DNA from: Amoebophrya sp. A120
Lineage: Eukaryota; Protista; Dinoflagellata
Direction of reading: 5' to 3'
DNA length: 64,000 nucleotides
Assembly: GCA_905178155.1 (NCBI GenBank)
Contig: CAJINV010000001.1
Location: 12,011,832 to 12,075,831 of the forward strand
Shown: positions 61,511-64,000 of the stretch, piece by piece
Position numbering within the stretch: the first letter of the stretch is position 1
Layout of the letters: each line of letters starts with the position of its first letter
Position numbers and translations under genes: made by a program
Notes under the pieces: generated by a model
What the model was told of the DNA's origin: nothing
The model's database searches: none
What the model saw: only the letters and a program-made list of their open reading frames with translations

Positions 61511-62041
61511 ATGGATTTGCATTTGGCGTTGATCTTGATGCCGTCGTCTTCGTCGTCAGCAGGAGGCGCTCTATTCGCCGGCGCCTCGAGCACACTGGAA
61601 ACAGAACCACGCGAAGATACACGAGTCGTGGACACTGCGCACGACTACCTGCAGTGGCGGTTTCGTGATAAAAACTTTGCCGCAGACCGCCAAGGTGAAC
61701 TGCAGCCAGAAAAACTCAACAGGATCCGCGAAAGAGCGAAGGTGCTCTACGAAGAAGGAGCGCAGAGACGAGCGGTGGAAGAGGACTCCGGTTGGAAAAT
61801 CACCAGCGAAGACAGGCGGCAGAAGATTTTCGATGCCATGGATCAAGCACGGACTCTAGATACCCTAGACGACGTGGCTAGGATGAATGAGATGAACGGG
61901 GGAGAGGAACAACTAACTACCTTTTCTAACTTTGGCAGTGCCCCAGAGGAGAAGAAGGGAAACGAGAAAGGCTGGATTTCAAGGTGCTTGGGAAGGTGCT
62001 TCGAGAGGCGCAGGAATGACGAAGAGCCACTCCTACCGTGA
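61511..62041 (+). CDS. Hypothetical 176-aa protein with signal-peptide-like N-terminus
   Basis: Single ORF with coding-like composition; MDLHLALILMP start; C-terminal EEPLLP. Confidence 0.6.
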   Translation: MDLHLALILMPSSSSSAGGALFAGASSTLETEPREDTRVVDTAHDYLQWRFRDKNFAADRQGELQPEKLNRIRERAKVLYEEGAQRRAVEEDSGWKITSEDRRQKIFDAMDQARTLDTLDDVARMNEMNGGEEQLTTFSNFGSAPEEKKGNEKGWISRCLGRCFERRRNDEEPLLP

Positions 62042-63375
62042 GGGGATGTCGGACGCTAACGACCTCCCCGTCCTTCAACCTGAGGAGATGATTCTGGGGC
62101 GGGCACTGGGGAAGCGCCTGGAGGTATTAGTGGCCTGCCGAATCCCACACCGCTGTTGCCATTAACCTAGAGTAGTAGAGGGAGGGAAGGAGCTGGAGCT
62201 CATACAATGCAAGATCTAGGTCTATCTCTGGGTCTGCGATCACGATGGATAGCAAAAGAAGAAATTGATGAAAATCTTCACTGACAAATGTATGGTGACT
62301 GAGACTGAGAGCCACAAAGAGTTACCCTTTTTTTAAAATCAATCAGTTTCTCATTCTCCAAGAGATTTTGAAATACGGACGGATTGTCATTAAACACTTG
62401 TATTTTTCAGAAGGAGTCACATTGTACAATTTAAGATAAAGATACTCGAACTCGTACTCGGGCCGGGGTACAGGCTTGTTGCATATTTCAGTACATACAA
62501 ACTAGAAACACAAGCATAGCTCTGCCTCTGTCCAGCAGTCCTTGCAGAGATGATACTTACAGTATAAAAAAGAGTAGACGACGAGATAATTGTCGACCGA
62601 TGGAAAGTGTAGAAATGTCGCTTCCACCAGGGAGATGATGAGGGTCCTTCAGATAGACAGAAAAAAGTATTTTGCTACCGCTTTCTGTTCTATTGATTCC
62701 CGTTTGGGTTCCAAGATGATTTTTTGAATGTGTCGCTGATTCATTTCATTCGCTTGCGATCTGATCATTTTTCTGAGGACAGACTACAACCATAAACGTA
62801 AAGCGGTATAGGAACATCTGGATCTGGTCCAAGAACTCCGAGATCATGATAACGATCGTAGCCCCTATGTTTTCATGCGGTGCTCTTTTTATGATACATT
62901 CGCTCAAAACGTAAGATCTTGGTCCACCGGATTTCTGAAACCTGTAGTAAGGACTAACTGTGTCTGTGGTCGCGGACAACGCAGCGAACTTATCGGGTAA
63001 CTACTACAGCAATAAATATGATCTATGAATAAATTCATTTCATCAGCGACTAGCGAACGGAAATAATTTTTCTTTGCGCGGAAAACAGATTTAATAGAAA
63101 TACGGTGACAAGTGATTTACCTTAAATTTCTGTAGAACAGATACACGAACATCATGCCAGCCCGCGCCAAGAAATACATTTTCAGCAAAAAAGCAGAAGA
63201 AAACGAAAAGACATGGCCACGCTTAGAAAACAGTGCAGCACCTCGCACTGTGGAAGAACATGACAGTAAAACAATCTGATCTTCGGCGACTGCAGCTTCG
63301 GAATAAACCGACGGACGAGGGATTTTGTCGGAAGGGATTAATCGACTAAGTCATCAATTTTCCCAAGATGGCGTT

Positions 63376-63697
63376 TATGAATCGAAAATTCATTTGGCTG
63401 GGTCTGGAAGACTGCAGGTTTCTCTTCGATGCCATTCGTACATCGCCAAACATTCTGCTTTGCAGGAAGGAGGAGCAAAAGCTGTTAGTTTTTTTTTGGC
63501 GGAGATTTATGGATTTGTCATGCAGAATGGGCCTCCAGTGAGTGTGCATCAGTATCTGCATTCGCAAAGCCAAAAAGCCTTGCTAGAACCTGTGATGCCA
63601 CGCTATGCATTGTAGACTTTGTGCGGGGATGAGATGAAAATCCGCATCACACAAAGGATCTGCACTCTCCCAGACCCAGACATGTTTGCGGTGGATA
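63376..63697. mobile_element. Degenerate copy 4 of the introner/MITE family (~322 bp)
   Basis: CTGGGTCTGGAAGA at ~63398-63411 and CCCAGACCCAGACATGTTTGCGGTGGATA ending at 63697; flanks GCGTT (63371-63375) and GCGTC (63698-63702); same internal TTTGTCATGC / GCATCACA motifs. Confidence 0.8.
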
Positions 63698-64000
63698 GCG
63701 TCTTCATCCTCGCTTCCCGGAACCGGGAATAAGCGATCGAGTGCGAATTATCCTCAATGAAAACTACGTACCCACCCCATTGTTCTCAAGACAGTTAGGA
63801 ATTCTGCAGGGCAAATCAAGAATCTCTGTGAGTAGTGCACCATTACAAGTGTGGGTCCACAGGATAGAAGACATGCTTCGCTTACGTGGCCGCATCACTA
63901 AGCCAGTTCCGTATTCTGATTCGAATTCCCAAGCGCTTGTGATTTCGATTCGAGTATGCAAGGGGCGCTTGTGATTTTGATGGATTGTTTTCTATGGCGA

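Noticed and set aside
63933-63977. 13-bp direct repeat GCGCTTGTGATTT
   Set aside because: Short and at the window edge, so it cannot be interpreted.

Overview
Eukaryotic, gene-dense DNA. Nearly all protein genes lie on the + strand. Long Ser/Ala/Gly-rich ORFs, short introns, a centrin, PF20/SPAG16-like WD40 genes, inverted-repeat non-canonical introns and a dinoflagellate spliced-leader-like motif point to a parasitic dinoflagellate-lineage alveolate (Amoebophrya/Syndiniales-like); this assignment is inference. About 14 genes were reconstructed by hand across introns. Main observations: (1) a family of ~250-320 bp MITE-like elements (TIR TATCA.ATGTAAAAATGTCTGGGTCTGGAAGA, 5-bp TSD). Three intact copies sit inside coding exons, and removing each with one TSD restores the frame without GT-AG ends (introner-type non-canonical introns); a fourth copy is degenerate. 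(2) A solo tyrosine recombinase with intact catalytic motifs, the only minus-strand gene. (3) About 0.9 kb from it, a 1247-bp insertion in a CCCH zinc-finger gene, bounded by a 30-bp direct repeat, with imperfect TIRs, inverted arrays of a 9-bp unit and a spliced-leader relic; removing it also restores the frame. All exon models are from sequence only and are not confirmed by transcripts.
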